NCBI GenBank assembly: GCA_963827965.1
Contig: CAWHCW010000004.1
Coordinates: 69,029 to 133,028 of the forward strand
Direction of reading: 5' to 3'
Source: an uncultured Chloroflexia bacterium
Lineage (GTDB): Bacteria > Chloroflexota > Limnocylindria > Limnocylindrales > CSP1-4
Length of the DNA stretch: 64,000 bases
The position numbers and the translations under genes were made by a program. Under the pieces are notes generated by a model, which saw only the letters and a list, made by a program, of their open reading frames with translations, was not told the DNA's origin and ran no database searches. Shown here one piece after another: positions 53,061-63,883 of the stretch (position 1 is the first letter of the stretch; each line of letters starts with the position of its first letter).

Positions 53061-54235
53061 ATGAAGCGAACCAGAGCGGTCCGCGGCCTCGCCGCCGTCG
53101 CCGCCATCGCCGTCCTCGTGGGCGCCTGCGGCGGAGGGGCGACCCCCACCCCCGCGGCCGCCACCCCCGCGGCCGCCACCCCAGCGGCCTCGACCCCGGC
53201 GCCCGCGACCCCGGCCGCAACCCCGGCGCCCGCGACCTACAAGATCGGGTACTCGAATGGTGGCGGCGTCGGCAACGGCTTCCGCGAGGAGCAGGTCTGC
53301 ACCGCAAAGGCCGAGGCCCTCTCGTCGGGCCAGGTCTCCCAGCTCACCACCATCCACCGCAACACGGACGCTGCTGGCCAGCTCGCGGACATCCGCGACC
53401 TGATCTCCAAGGGCGTGGACGCCATCGTCTTCAACCCGAACGACCCCGCGGCCCTCAACCAGGCCCTCGAGGAGGCGAAGGCTGCCGGCATCGTGACCGT
53501 CGCGGTCGATCAGTACGTGACCGACCCGAGCACCTACATGCTCTACAACAACCAGGTCCAGTACGCCTTCCTCGGCGCCAAGTGGCTGTTCGAGAAGCTC
53601 GGCGGCAAGGGCAAGGTCTACTACATGCGCGGGTTCGCCGGCACCGGGCCGACAACGATCGCCACGAGGGCTTCAAGAAGGCCCTCGCCGAGTACCCGGG
53701 CATCGAGGTCCTGCCGAGCGTCGACGGCGTCGCCACCCAGTGGGACTCCGCGACCACGACCCAGCTGATGAGCGACTTCCTCGCCAGCGGCCAGTACGAC
53801 ACCATCCAGGGCATCTGGACGTCGGGCATGGACCAGGAAGTCGTCGACGCCATCAAGGCCGCCGGCAAGAAGTTCGTGCCGGTCGTCGGCGCGGATCGCG
53901 GCGGATTCGTCAAGGAGCTCCTCGACGAGACCAACTACCCGGGCCTCGAAGGCGCAGCCGTCACCAACACCGCCGCCGTCGGCGGCGCGGGCATCTCGCT
54001 CGCGCTCAAGCTCCTGGGCAAGCAGCCGGTCGAGACCGATCCGTCGGCGGCCCAGCCGAACACCGTGCTCCTCAAGCCGGTCATCGCGGACGACACCACG
54101 GACGCGGGCCGGGCCACTCTGCAGTCGTGGCTCGTTGACGGCCTCGACAAGACCTGGCCGCTCGGCCTGCAGATCGAAGGCTTCACGACGTACACCCCCG
54201 CGCAGGCCATCGCCTGCAAGGGCCCGAACGACTAG
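53061..54235 (+). CDS. ABC sugar transporter substrate-binding lipoprotein (type I periplasmic-binding fold) (one frameshift as given)
   Basis: ATG at 53061 behind GGAGGAG. Lipobox LVGACGG, Thr/Pro/Ala linker, KIGYSNGGGVGNGFR, VDAIVFNPNDP, GIVTVAVDQ, then GFKKALAEYPGIEVL..GIWTSGMD. Frame hop near 53645. Confidence 0.85.
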
Positions 54236-54317
54236 CCTTCCCGACCCGTCGAACCTCGCAGGGGATGCCGCTCCGGCGGCATCCCCTGCCTCACCTCCCT
54301 CCACCCGACGGGGACCC

Positions 54318-55857
54318 ATGACCGCCACCGACCTCCTGCTCGAGGCAACCGGCATCTCGAAGACCTACGGCGCCGTCGTGGCGCTCGAAGTCCGCGTCGC
54401 TGGCCGTGCGCCCGGGCGAGGTCCACGCGCTCATGGGCGCCAACGGCGCGGGCAAGAGCACCCTGGTGAAGATCCTCACCGGCGCGGTCCGTCCGGAAGG
54501 CGGCACGATCGCCGTCCGCGGCCGGGAGCGCACCGTCCACTCGCCGGCCGAGGCCCGCCGGGGCGGGCTGGTCTCGGTCTACCAGGAGCCGTCCCTCATC
54601 CCCGACCTCGACATCCGCTCCAACCTCCGCCTGACCGAGACCCCGCTGGAGCCCTTCCGTCACTGGCTCGCGGAGCTCGGGATCGGGAGCCTCGACCTGG
54701 CCGGCCTTGCGCGGCACGTGCCGCTCGCCTCGCTCCGGATCATCGACCTGGCCCGCGCCCTCGCCATCGAGCCCGACGTGCTCATGCTCGACGAGATGAC
54801 CGCCGCCCTGCCAGCGAACCTCACGGAGCGCGTCCTGGAGGTCGTCGGCCGCCAGCGCGGCGGCGACCGCTCCGTCATCTTCATCTCCCACCGGCTGATC
54901 GAGATCGCCGCCGTCTGCGACCGGGCGACCGTGCTGCGCGAGGGCGAGACCGTCGGCGTCGTGGAGGTGACCGAGGGCGCCGAGGAGAAGATCGTCGAGC
55001 TCATGCTCGGCGAGATCGGGCAGGACATGTCCGCGAACGCGATCGACGCTCGGGGGCCGAGGAAGGCCCGCGCGGACGTGGTGCCGCGCCTGGCCGCCCG
55101 CGGGCTGACGTCCGGCTCCAAGCTTCACGACGGCTCGTTCGAGCTCTACCCGGGCGAGGTGCTCGGGGTGGTGGCCCTGGAGGGCCAGGGCCAGGACGAG
55201 CTCTTCGACATCCTGGCGGGCTCCGAGCGTCCGAGCGGCGGGGAGCTGCTCGCGGACGGCAAGCCCCTCTCGTTCCGCCACCCCGCCGACGCCATCCGCG
55301 CGGGCCTCGTGTACGTGGCCGCGGACCGTGCGGAGGCGCTGCTCATGCAGCGCTCCGTGCGCGAGAACATCGCCCTCCCGTTCAGCACGCGGCTGCGCAC
55401 ATGGGGCCTGATCCCGATGGGAAGGGAGAAGGCGAAGGTCGACAGCGCCATTGCCACGCTCCAGATCGACACGCGAGCCAAGGGCGAGGTGCGCCGGCTC
55501 TCCGGCGGCAACCAGCAGAAGGTGACGATCGCGCGCTGGGTCGCCGGCGGCGTCCGGACGATGCTCTGCTTCGACCCGACGCGGGGCATCGACATCCGGA
55601 CGAAGCACCAGATCTACGTGCTGCTCCGCGACCTGGCGGCGGCCGGCGCCGCGATCCTGCTCTATACCTCCGAGCTGAAGGAGGTGCAGCTCGTCTGCGA
55701 CCGCGCGATCGTGATCTTCGGCGGCCGCGTCGTGGCCGAGATCCCCGTCGCGGACGCCGACGAGCCCACGCTCCTGCGCGCCGCGTACAACCTGCGATCC
55801 GACGCAGCCATGCCCGAGGAGCTCGCCGCCGAGGCCGTGGCGGAGGGCGACCGATGA
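54318..55857 (+). CDS. Sugar ABC transporter ATP-binding protein, duplicated ATPase (RbsA/MglA-like) (one frameshift as given)
   Basis: ATG at 54318. Walker A GANGAGKSTL, Walker B VLMLDEMTAAL, second half GVVALEGQGQDELF, signature LSGGNQQKV, CFDPTRGID. Frame hop near 54385. Confidence 0.9.
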
Positions 55858-56860
55858 CCGCCGCGACCACCGCCGTCGATGCCGTCCGGGCCGGCCCGGC
55901 GGGCGCACTCGCGTCGTGGGCGCGGCGCAACGCGTGGACCCTCGGCCTGCTCGGCTTCCTGACGTTCCTCCTGGCCTTCACGAAGTACATCCAGCCCAGC
56001 TACGGAGTCAGCCGGCGTCCAGGGTCTGGCCGATCTCGGTGATGCCGCTGGTCCTGGCCACCGTCGGCCAGGCGATCGTGGTCATCTCGGGCGGTATCGA
56101 CCTCTCGATCGGCGCGATCATGGCCCTCGCGAGCGTGGTCTCCGCTGCGCTGATGAAGGGCCAGCCCGATGAGTTCGCCATCGTGGTCGTGGTCGGCGTC
56201 CTCCTCCTCGGCCTCGTCCTCGGCGCCGTCAACGGCAGCCTGGTCGTGCTCACCCGGGTCCCGGACATCGTCGTGACGCTGGCCATGTCGTTCGTCTGGG
56301 CCGGCTGCGCGCTCCTCGTCCTCAAGACACCGGGTGGCAGCGCCGCCGGCTGGCTGAAGGAGCTCGTCAAGGGGTCGCTCGGCAACGAGTGGATCCCCAG
56401 GGCAGCGGTCGTCCTCGTGGTGATCGTCGCCGTGGTCTGGATTCCGCTGCGCCGATCCAGGCTCGGGCTCTCGATCTACGCGATCGGCAGCAACCGGCTG
56501 GCCGCGTTCCGGAGCGGCGTCTCCGTCGGCCGGACGAGCATCGTCGCCTACACCCTCATGGGGCTGTTCGCGGCCCTCGGCGGCCTCGCCCTCACCGCGA
56601 GCACGGGGATCGGGACGCCCGTTCCCGGGCCGTACACGCTCATGAGCGTCGCCGCGGTCGTCCTCGGCGGGGTCAGCCTCGCCGGCGGCCGGGGCGGAGT
56701 CTTCGGGCCGCTGGTGGGCGTCGCCATCCTCCAGCTGATCCGGACGGACATGACGTTCCTCAACATCGACACGAACATGGCGGTCGTCGTCCAGGGGTTC
56801 ATCCTGATCGGCGTGGTCATGGCCGGCGGCCTCGTCGAGATGCGCCGGAGGCGGTCATGA
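55854..56860 (+). CDS. Sugar ABC transporter permease (RbsC-like) (one frameshift as given)
   Basis: ATG at 55854 overlaps the upstream stop. VISGGIDLSIGAIMALAS, VPDIVVTLAMSFVW, IYAIGSNRLAAFRSGVSV, GGVSLAGGRGGVFG. Frame hop near 56012. Confidence 0.88.
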
Positions 56861-57849
56861 GCGACGCCGCTGGCGCCCGCAGCTCGACGCAGGGTTCGCC
56901 CACCGGTGCCGACCTCTTCCGCGAACGGCCGATCATCCCCCTGCTCGGGCTGCTCGCCCTCCTCGTCGTCGTCAGCCAGATCGTGCGCCCGGGCATCGTC
57001 ACGCCGGAGTGGGCGGCCGTCATCATGCGCACCGCCGTGCCCCTGGCGATCCTGGCCGGCTGCCAGACGCTGACGATGCTGACCGGCGGGATCGACCTCT
57101 CGGTCGGCGCGGTCGGCTCGATGTCCGGCTTCGTGGTGGCGACGTTCATCAACAGCCCGGGGGCGTGCCGCAGGGGATCGTCATCGCCCTCGTGGCGGCG
57201 GCCCTGGCCGGCCTCCTCACCGGCATCGGCGTCGGGGTCTTCCGGGTCCACCCGCTGATCATGACCCTGGGCATGAGCCTGGTCGTCCTGGGCCTGGCCA
57301 ACGTCTGGCAGCTGCAGATGGTCCAGACCGGGGCAGGGGTTCCGCCGGAGTTCCGGCTGGCTCGGGTCGGGGATGACCCTGGGCATCCTGCCCAACAGCC
57401 TGCTCCTGTTCGTGCCGCTCGCGGCCTTCATCCTGCTGGCCCTGCAGGCGCTCGGGGTACGGCCGGCTGCTGTACGCGATCGGCGACAACCCGATCGCCA
57501 CGCGCCTGTCGGGTGCCCGCGCGTGGCAGGTCATCGTCGTCCTCTACGTCTTCTCGGCGCTCCTGGCGGCGGTGGCCGGGTTCCTGCTCTGCGGGCTCAC
57601 GAACGTCGCCAGGTGACACTCGCCGACTCGTACGTCCTGCCGTCCGTCGCCGCGGCGGTCATCGGCGGGACGTCGATCATGGGTGGCCGCGGCGGCTATG
57701 GCGGGACGATCGTCGGGGCGCTGATCCTGACCGTCCTCACCTCGCTCCTCTCGTCGCTCGGGTACCCCGAGGCGGTCCGCCAGATCCTGTTCGGGTCGAT
57801 CATCGTGGGCGTGGCGGCCGCCTACACCCGCGTCACGTCCGAGTCCTGA
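56857..57849 (+). CDS. Sugar ABC transporter permease, second copy (frameshifted as given)
   Basis: ATG at 56857 overlaps the upstream stop. MLTGGIDLSVGAVGSMSGF, VHPLIMTLGMSLVV, LLYAIGDNPIATRLSGA, IGGTSIMGGRGGYGG. About four frame hops (57170-57600). Confidence 0.85.
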
Positions 57850-57877
57850 TGGCGCGACGGTGGCGATTGGAGCGGGC

Positions 57878-58858
57878 ATGAGCGCCGGAGCGGGGACCCG
57901 CCACCTGGGCCTGGACCTGGGCGCCACGAACCTCAAGTGGGCCGTGGTGGAGCACGTCGACGGGACGTGGAGCACGCTCGCCCACGGCCAGGTGTCGACG
58001 CGCCTCGTCGCCGACCCCGAGGCCGTGCCGGCAGCGGTCACGGCCCAGCTGGCCGAGGTGGCGGCGGCGGCGGTCGTCGACTGGGGACCCGTCGCCAGCG
58101 TCGGGATCGGGGTGCCCGGCCTCTACGACCCGGCCACCGGCACGACCCGCTTCCTCATCAACGTCCCGGGGCCGTGGGCGGGCCATCCGGTGGCGGGTCC
58201 CGTGGCGGCCGCCGTCGGCGTGCCTGCCTTCCTCATCAACGACGCCCGGGCCTTCGGCCTCGCCGAGCTGCGCCTGGGCGCCGGGCGCGGCGCCTCGTCG
58301 ATGGTCGGGCTGACCCTCGGGACGGGCGTCGGCGGCGTCTTCGCGATCGACGGGCGCGTCCACCAGGGGCACGACGGGACGGCCGGCGAGATCGGCCACC
58401 AGACGATCGATCCCGACGGGCCATGGTGCGGCTGCGGAAACCGCGGCTGCATGGAGTCCTTCGCCCGGGCCGACCAGATCGCGGCCGCCTGCGGGACCGC
58501 GACCGCCGAGGAGGCGGTTCGCGCGGCGCAGGCCGGCGACGGGCGGGCCACGGCCGGCCTCGCCGACATCGGGCGCTACCTGGGGATCGGGATCGCCAAC
58601 ATGATCAGCGTCATCTCGCCCGACCGGATCGTGCTGGGCGGGGGCGTCGCCGCGGCCGGGGAGCTCCTGCTCGGCCCCATCCGGGCGGAGATCGCGCGCC
58701 GCGTGAAGACGACCTCCATCGACGAGGTCCTCCTGGTCACCGCGGAGCTGGGCACCCTGGCGGGGGCGATCGGGGCCGCCGTCCACGGGGCCGAGCGGGC
58801 CGCGGAGCGACGCGGCGGCCGCGGCGCCGGCAGCCGGGCCGCCGAGGCCGCGCCGTGA
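57878..58858 (+). CDS. ROK-family sugar kinase
   Basis: Intact. [42 protein letters not shown], zinc motif [11 protein letters not shown]. An alternative in-frame start lies at 57860. Confidence 0.9.
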   Translation: MSAGAGTRHLGLDLGATNLKWAVVEHVDGTWSTLAHGQVSTRLVADPEAVPAAVTAQLAEVAAAAVVDWGPVASVGIGVPGLYDPATGTTRFLINVPGPWAGHPVAGPVAAAVGVPAFLINDARAFGLAELRLGAGRGASSMVGLTLGTGVGGVFAIDGRVHQGHDGTAGEIGHQTIDPDGPWCGCGNRGCMESFARADQIAAACGTATAEEAVRAAQAGDGRATAGLADIGRYLGIGIANMISVISPDRIVLGGGVAAAGELLLGPIRAEIARRVKTTSIDEVLLVTAELGTLAGAIGAAVHGAERAAERRGGRGAGSRAAEAAP

Positions 58859-59611
58859 TCCCGGACTCCTACCTGCCGCGCTACCGGGAGATCGAGCAGG
58901 CCCTCCGGGGGCGCATCGCGGCCCTCAAGCCGGGCGACCCGCTCCCGTCCGACGCCGCCCTCTGCCTCGAGTTCGGCGTCAGCCGGATGACGGCCCGCAA
59001 CGCCATGCAGCGACTTGCCGAGGAGGGGCTGGTCAATCGCGAGCCGGGGCGCGGCACCTTCGTCGCCGTGCCGCCATCGCACCGCCGGGCGAACAGCCTG
59101 ATCGGCTTCTCCGACGAGATGCGGCGCCAGGGACGCGGTCCCCCACTCGCGACTCGTCCGCCGCGAGCTGCGCCCCGCCCGGCCCGACGAAGTCCGCGAC
59201 CTCCGCCTCCGCGAGGGCGACCCGGTGGTCGCCCTGGTCCGGATCCGGATCGCCGACGACCGGCCGATGGCCGTCGAGACGGTCGCCCTCCACGAGCGCT
59301 GCGCCGGCGTCGTGATGCACGCCGACCTCGAGGCCGGCTCGCTTCACGACGCGCTCCGCGACGCCGGCTTCGTGCCGGTGCGGGGGCGGGCCACGCTGGC
59401 CGCCAGGGCGGCGTCGCCGGATGACGCACGCCTCCTCGGCATCCCGGCCGGCACGCCGCTCCTGGTGGAGCGGCGGGTGATCGTCGACCAGCGCGGGCGT
59501 CCGCTCGAGTCCACCGAATCGCGCTACCCGGCCGACCGCTACGCGCTCGACGTCGACTTCGAGGTGGAGGCGGCCCGGGAGCGCTCCACCTCCTGGCAGC
59601 GCCCCGAGTGA
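58855..59611 (+). CDS. GntR/HutC-family transcriptional regulator (wHTH + UTRA domain; DasR/NagR-like) (one frameshift as given)
   Basis: GTG at 58855 overlaps the upstream stop. [54 protein letters not shown], then the UTRA part (track ORF 59225-59611) [39 protein letters not shown]. Frame hop near 59140. Confidence 0.88.
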
Positions 59612-59619
59612 GGCGGAGC

Positions 59620-60834
59620 ATGGAGCCCCGGGCCCGCGTTCGCGCCGCGCTGGAGCATCGCGAGCCCGACCGCGTCCCGCGCGACATGGGCGCGGTCCGG
59701 ATGACCGGGATCCACGTGCGCGCCTACGCGGGCCTGCGACGCGCCCTCGGTCTGGCCGAGCGCGGGGTGCGGATCGGCGACCTCTCCCAGCAGCTCGCCG
59801 TCGTGGACGACGACGTTGCGGACGCGCTGGGGCTGGACGTCCGCGGCGTCGAGCCCCGCGGCCCGTCCGGGTATCGTCGGGAGATGCTCGACGACGGGGC
59901 ATTCCGCGCCTACCTGGATGAGTGGGGCGTCCGGCGGCGGATGCCGAAGGACGGCTTCTTCTTCGACCCCTCGTCCGCCCCGCTGGGCGGCGAGATCGAC
60001 GCCGGGCACCTTGCCCGTTTCCCCTGGCCGGCCGGCGCGGATGCCGCGCGGCGGGCGGGCGTCGCCGAGGAGGCCCGGCGCGTGATCGCCGAGGAAGGCC
60101 GCGCGGTCTACGTGGGCTCGGTCTGCGCCGGCCTGACGGAGATGCTCTTCCGGCTGCGCGGGTTCGAGGACGGCTACATCGACCTCGCTGCCGACCCGAC
60201 GCTGGCCCGGGCACTCATGGAGCGGGTGCTGGAGGTGAAGCTCGCCTGGTGGGGAGCGATCCTGCCCGAGCTGGGCGACGCGGTGGACGCGGTCGGCGAG
60301 GCCGACGACCTGGGCGGCCAGGCGACGCCGCTCTTCGCGCCGCGGACCTACCGGGCGCTGGTCAAGCCGCTCCATGCCGAGCTCTTCTCGTTCATCCACG
60401 CCCGGACCCGGGCGAAGATCCTCTTCCACTCGTGCGGCGCGATCCGCGAGCTGCTCCCCGACCTCGTGGAGATCGGGGTGGACGTCCTCAACCCGGTGCA
60501 GGTCTCGGCGACCGGGATGGAGACCGCCGCCCTCAAGCGCGACTTCGGGCGCGACCTCGTCTTCTGGGGCGGCGGCGTCGACACCCAGGGGGTGCTGGGC
60601 AGCGGGACGCCGGCCGAGGTGCGGGCCGAGGTGCGGCGCCGCGTCGCCGACCTTGCGCCGGGCGGCGGCTTCATCTTCGCCTCCGTCCACAACATCCAGG
60701 CCAACGTGCCGCCGGAGAACGTCGCGGCGATGTGGGAGGCGGTCGCGGCAACCGGCGCCTATCCTGCCGGCACCTGGGCCGACGGCGCCTGGGCCGCTGG
60801 CGCCGCGGTCCCGGGCGCGGGGGCCGCATGGTGA
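59620..60834 (+). CDS. Uroporphyrinogen-decarboxylase (URO-D) superfamily protein of unknown function (MtaA/CmuA-like branch possible)
   Basis: Intact ORF. ATG at 59620 behind GGAG, with an in-frame GTG at 59608. REPDRVPRDMG, GDAVDAVGEADDLGGQ, LFHSCGAIRELLPDLVEIGVDVLNPVQ, VFWGGGVDTQ, GGFIFASVHNIQANVPPENV. A second URO-D paralogue distinct from hemE at 36809. Confidence 0.75.
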   Translation: MEPRARVRAALEHREPDRVPRDMGAVRMTGIHVRAYAGLRRALGLAERGVRIGDLSQQLAVVDDDVADALGLDVRGVEPRGPSGYRREMLDDGAFRAYLDEWGVRRRMPKDGFFFDPSSAPLGGEIDAGHLARFPWPAGADAARRAGVAEEARRVIAEEGRAVYVGSVCAGLTEMLFRLRGFEDGYIDLAADPTLARALMERVLEVKLAWWGAILPELGDAVDAVGEADDLGGQATPLFAPRTYRALVKPLHAELFSFIHARTRAKILFHSCGAIRELLPDLVEIGVDVLNPVQVSATGMETAALKRDFGRDLVFWGGGVDTQGVLGSGTPAEVRAEVRRRVADLAPGGGFIFASVHNIQANVPPENVAAMWEAVAATGAYPAGTWADGAWAAGAAVPGAGAAW

Positions 60835-61958
60835 GCGCCGAGACCGTCGTCCGGGGCCAGCTGATCCTCGAGGAGCGGATCCACCCCGGGCGGATCGTGG
60901 TCCGGGACGGCTGGATCGCCGAGGTGGAGCTGGAGGACGCTCCGGCCGGCGGCCCCTACGTCGCCCCGGGGTTCGTCGATGTCCACGTGCATGGCCGCGG
61001 CGGCCACGACGCGATGGGGCCGGATGGAGCGTTGGACGGGATGGCCCGGGCGCTCCTCCGCCACGGCGTCACGTCGTTCCTGCCGACGGCGGTGACGGCG
61101 CCCCTGGGCGAGCTGGCCTCGTTCGCGGAGCGGGTGCGGGGCTGGATGCCGGCCGCCCCCAACGATGGCGCGGGCCCCCTTGGCTTCAACCTGGAGGGAC
61201 CGTTCATCGCGGCCGCGAAGAAGGGCGCCCAGAACCCGGCCCATATCCGGGCGCCGGCCGACCTGTCGATCGCGGACCTCGAGCCGCTCATCGACGGGAT
61301 GCGCCTCATCACGATCGCGCCGGAGCTGGCGGGGGCGCTGGAGCTGATCGGCTGGCTGCGGGCGCGAGGCGTGACGGCGTCGCTGGGCCACTCTGCGGCC
61401 ACCGTGGAAGAAGGCCGGGCGGGGTACGCGGCGGGGGCGCGCACGACGACGCACCTGTTCAACGGCATGACCGGCGTCGACCACCACGCACCCGGCCTGG
61501 CGGTCGCGGCGCTCCTCGCGGACGACGCCTACGTCGAGCTGATCGCCGACGGGCATCACGTCCGCGACGCGGTCTGGCCGCTCATCCTGCGGGCGAAGCC
61601 GGCGGACCGGCTCCTCCTCGTGAGCGACTGCGTGGCGATCGCCGGGACGCCGGCGCGGCGGGGCATGCTCGGCGGGCTGGAGGTCGTGATCGACGGCGAC
61701 CGCTGCGTGCTCGCCAGCGACGGCCGCCTGGCAGGCTCGGTGATCGCGCTCGATTCGGCCGTGCGGAACGTCGCCCGGTCGGGCGTTGCGCTTCCGCGCG
61801 CCGTGGCGGCGGCCTCCCGGGAGCCGCTGGCCCTCCTCGGCGTGACCGACCGCGGCCGCCTGGAGCCGGGTTTGCGCGCGGACCTCGTGGAGCTCGACGA
61901 CGACCTGCGCGTATCCCGCGTCATGCGCGGCGGACGCTGGTACCCCGGCCCGGGCTGA
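60828..61958 (+). CDS. nagA: N-acetylglucosamine-6-phosphate deacetylase-family amidohydrolase
   Basis: ATG at 60828 overlaps the upstream stop region. Intact. APGFVDVHVHG, GVTSFLPT, LGFNLEGPFI, ITIAPE, SLGHSAAT, THLFNGM, ELIADGHH, AGSVIALD. Confidence 0.88.
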   Translation: MVSAETVVRGQLILEERIHPGRIVVRDGWIAEVELEDAPAGGPYVAPGFVDVHVHGRGGHDAMGPDGALDGMARALLRHGVTSFLPTAVTAPLGELASFAERVRGWMPAAPNDGAGPLGFNLEGPFIAAAKKGAQNPAHIRAPADLSIADLEPLIDGMRLITIAPELAGALELIGWLRARGVTASLGHSAATVEEGRAGYAAGARTTTHLFNGMTGVDHHAPGLAVAALLADDAYVELIADGHHVRDAVWPLILRAKPADRLLLVSDCVAIAGTPARRGMLGGLEVVIDGDRCVLASDGRLAGSVIALDSAVRNVARSGVALPRAVAAASREPLALLGVTDRGRLEPGLRADLVELDDDLRVSRVMRGGRWYPGPG

Positions 61959-62079
61959 CTCCGGGAGAGGCGCGGGCCGTGATCGCTGCATGGATCGGCC
62001 CCCCGGCGGTGTTGTAGGAGGCGAACGGCAACGTCGATCTCGCGATCGGCCCCCGAAAATCGCCACCGGAGGAGCAGCG

Positions 62080-62571
62080 ATGAAGCCCGACGATCTCGCA
62101 ACCCGCCTTGCCGGGCTGGAGGCGCGCGCGCCCGGTCGCGACGACCCGCCCGCCCTGTCACGGTCCGGGCGGCATGGCCGGCTCGCGACTCCCCTGGTCC
62201 TGGCGCCGGTCCTTGTCCTCGCCCTGGTCGCCTCGGCGGCTGCGGGCGGCGCCGTCGTGGCCACGCTCGTCCACGGATACCCCGGCGTCCAGAACCCCGG
62301 CCAGCCGCTGGAGGGCGCAAGTCTGGAGTGCATGTCGCCGCCGGCGGCCGCGGCCTATCTTGCCGAGCACGGGTTCACCGACGTCGTCTGGCAGGTGGAG
62401 ACCGGCGTCTCCGGGGAGAAGTCGGGGAGCTCGACACAGGTGTCGACCCCGCCCGAGCACGGCTACGTGGTCCCGGCCGCGATCCTGAGCGACGGGAAGC
62501 TCCACATGATCGTCGACCAGCGCGCCGGGGCGACCGGCGTCGGGGCCTGCCCCGACCTGCCGATGCCCTGA
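62080..62571 (+). CDS. Hypothetical single-pass membrane/secreted protein, co-oriented with the following sigma factor
   Basis: ATG at 62080 behind GGAGGAG. TM LATPLVLAPVLVLALVASAAAGG, then a ~110-aa domain (ECMSPPAAAAYLAEHGFTDVVWQVE..GKLHMIVDQR). Stop is 1 nt before the sigma gene start. Confidence 0.5.
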   Translation: MKPDDLATRLAGLEARAPGRDDPPALSRSGRHGRLATPLVLAPVLVLALVASAAAGGAVVATLVHGYPGVQNPGQPLEGASLECMSPPAAAAYLAEHGFTDVVWQVETGVSGEKSGSSTQVSTPPEHGYVVPAAILSDGKLHMIVDQRAGATGVGACPDLPMP

Positions 62572-62572
62572 G

Positions 62573-63118
62573 GTGGAGACCATCGGGCGCCTCGCGCCGA
62601 CCACCGGCGTCGCGGACGGCACGGTCGGCCGCGACGCGGTCTCCGGATCTCGCGACGACCCGGCCACCTTCGAGGCCGCCGTCCGGCCCTACTACGCTCC
62701 GCTGGTGCGCCGGCTCGTGGTCGTCCTGGGGGACGAGCACGACGCCGAGGATGTCGCCCAGGACGCCTACCTGCGGGCGTTCCGGGCGTGGGACCGGTTC
62801 GATGGGGCGGACGTTCGGGCCTGGCTCTACACGATCGCCCTGCGCCTCGCCTTCAACCAGGTGCGCCGACGGCGGCGCTGGCTGGGAATCCTCGGCCGCG
62901 CGGAACCCGCCCCGTGGACGGATCGCTCCGACCCGGACCTCTGGGATGCGCTCCGCAGGCTCGACGGACGCACCCGGGCGGCCCTCCTGCTGAACGTGCT
63001 GGACGGCTACACCCAGCGCGAGATCGGGGCGATGTTCGACGTCCCCGAGGGGACGGTCGCGAGCTGGATCTCGCGCGGCCGGGCGGCGCTCCGGACGGAG
63101 CTGGGCGCCGACCGCTGA
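62573..63118 (+). CDS. ECF (sigma-70 group 4) RNA polymerase sigma factor
   Basis: Intact 181 aa. Region 2 DAEDVAQDAYLRAFRAWDRFDG..RAWLYTIALRLAFN. Region 4 LLLNVLDGYTQREIGAMFDVPEGTVASWISRGRAAL. Confidence 0.9.
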   Translation: METIGRLAPTTGVADGTVGRDAVSGSRDDPATFEAAVRPYYAPLVRRLVVVLGDEHDAEDVAQDAYLRAFRAWDRFDGADVRAWLYTIALRLAFNQVRRRRRWLGILGRAEPAPWTDRSDPDLWDALRRLDGRTRAALLLNVLDGYTQREIGAMFDVPEGTVASWISRGRAALRTELGADR

Positions 63119-63142
63119 CGCTTCGGACGGGCGCGAACGTGG

Positions 63143-63883
63143 CTACGGCCCCGGTGGGCGCACGCCGACGAAGACGTCGCGCTCCCAGGGATCGACGACC
63201 CGTGACGGCTCGAACCCCACGTCCCGGAGCAGGTCGAGCCAGGTCGCCCGCGGGAACAGTCCCTCGACGTGGCGGTCGCAGCGCACCCGCACCCCATCGG
63301 CGCCCTCCCGCAGCAGGAACGCGAAGTCGGTGACGAAGGTGGTGTCGTCGGGGTCCGGGTCGTACGTCCACTCGAGATAGCGGAGAGCCCGGCCGGTCCC
63401 GTCATGGCCGCCGTGGCCCGTGGACGGCGCGAACGTCTCGCGGACGCGGTCGGGCGCGATCACGGCCGCGCCGCCGGGCCGCAGGTGGGTGAACGCCGTC
63501 TCCAGGGCGGCCCGCAGGTCGGCCTGCGTCGTCATGTACATGACCGCGTCATGGATGAGCACCGCGTCGAAGGTCCGTCCCAGCCGGACGGTGCGCATGT
63601 CCGCCAGCTCGTGCTCACAACCCGGGTTCAGGGTCCGGCTGAGGTCCAGCATCGCCCCCGAGATGTCGGTCAGGGTGAGCCGCAGGTGCGCCCGGAGGTG
63701 GGAGGCGGTGTTGCCCCCGCCGGAGCCGAGCTCCAGGAGCGTCTCGAGGGGAGCCGCCACCCGGGCCCGGAGGAGGTCCAGGATGAAGGCCGCCTCGCCG
63801 GCGTACTCCTCCGGTGCCGTGAGCAGGTGGAACCAGTCGGCGAGCTCGTCGTACAGCCGAAGGCCATCGCCCGGTGCGTTCAC
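63143..63883 (-). CDS. Class I SAM-dependent methyltransferase
   Basis: Motif I LLELGSGGGNTA, FDAVLIHDAVMYM. The N-terminal LYDELADWFHLL is typical of small-molecule methyltransferases. GTG at 63883 is the likely start. The track ORF extends to ATG 63991 through Pro/Arg-rich sequence. Confidence 0.8.
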   Translation of the reverse strand: MNAPGDGLRLYDELADWFHLLTAPEEYAGEAAFILDLLRARVAAPLETLLELGSGGGNTASHLRAHLRLTLTDISGAMLDLSRTLNPGCEHELADMRTVRLGRTFDAVLIHDAVMYMTTQADLRAALETAFTHLRPGGAAVIAPDRVRETFAPSTGHGGHDGTGRALRYLEWTYDPDPDDTTFVTDFAFLLREGADGVRVRCDRHVEGLFPRATWLDLLRDVGFEPSRVVDPWERDVFVGVRPPGP

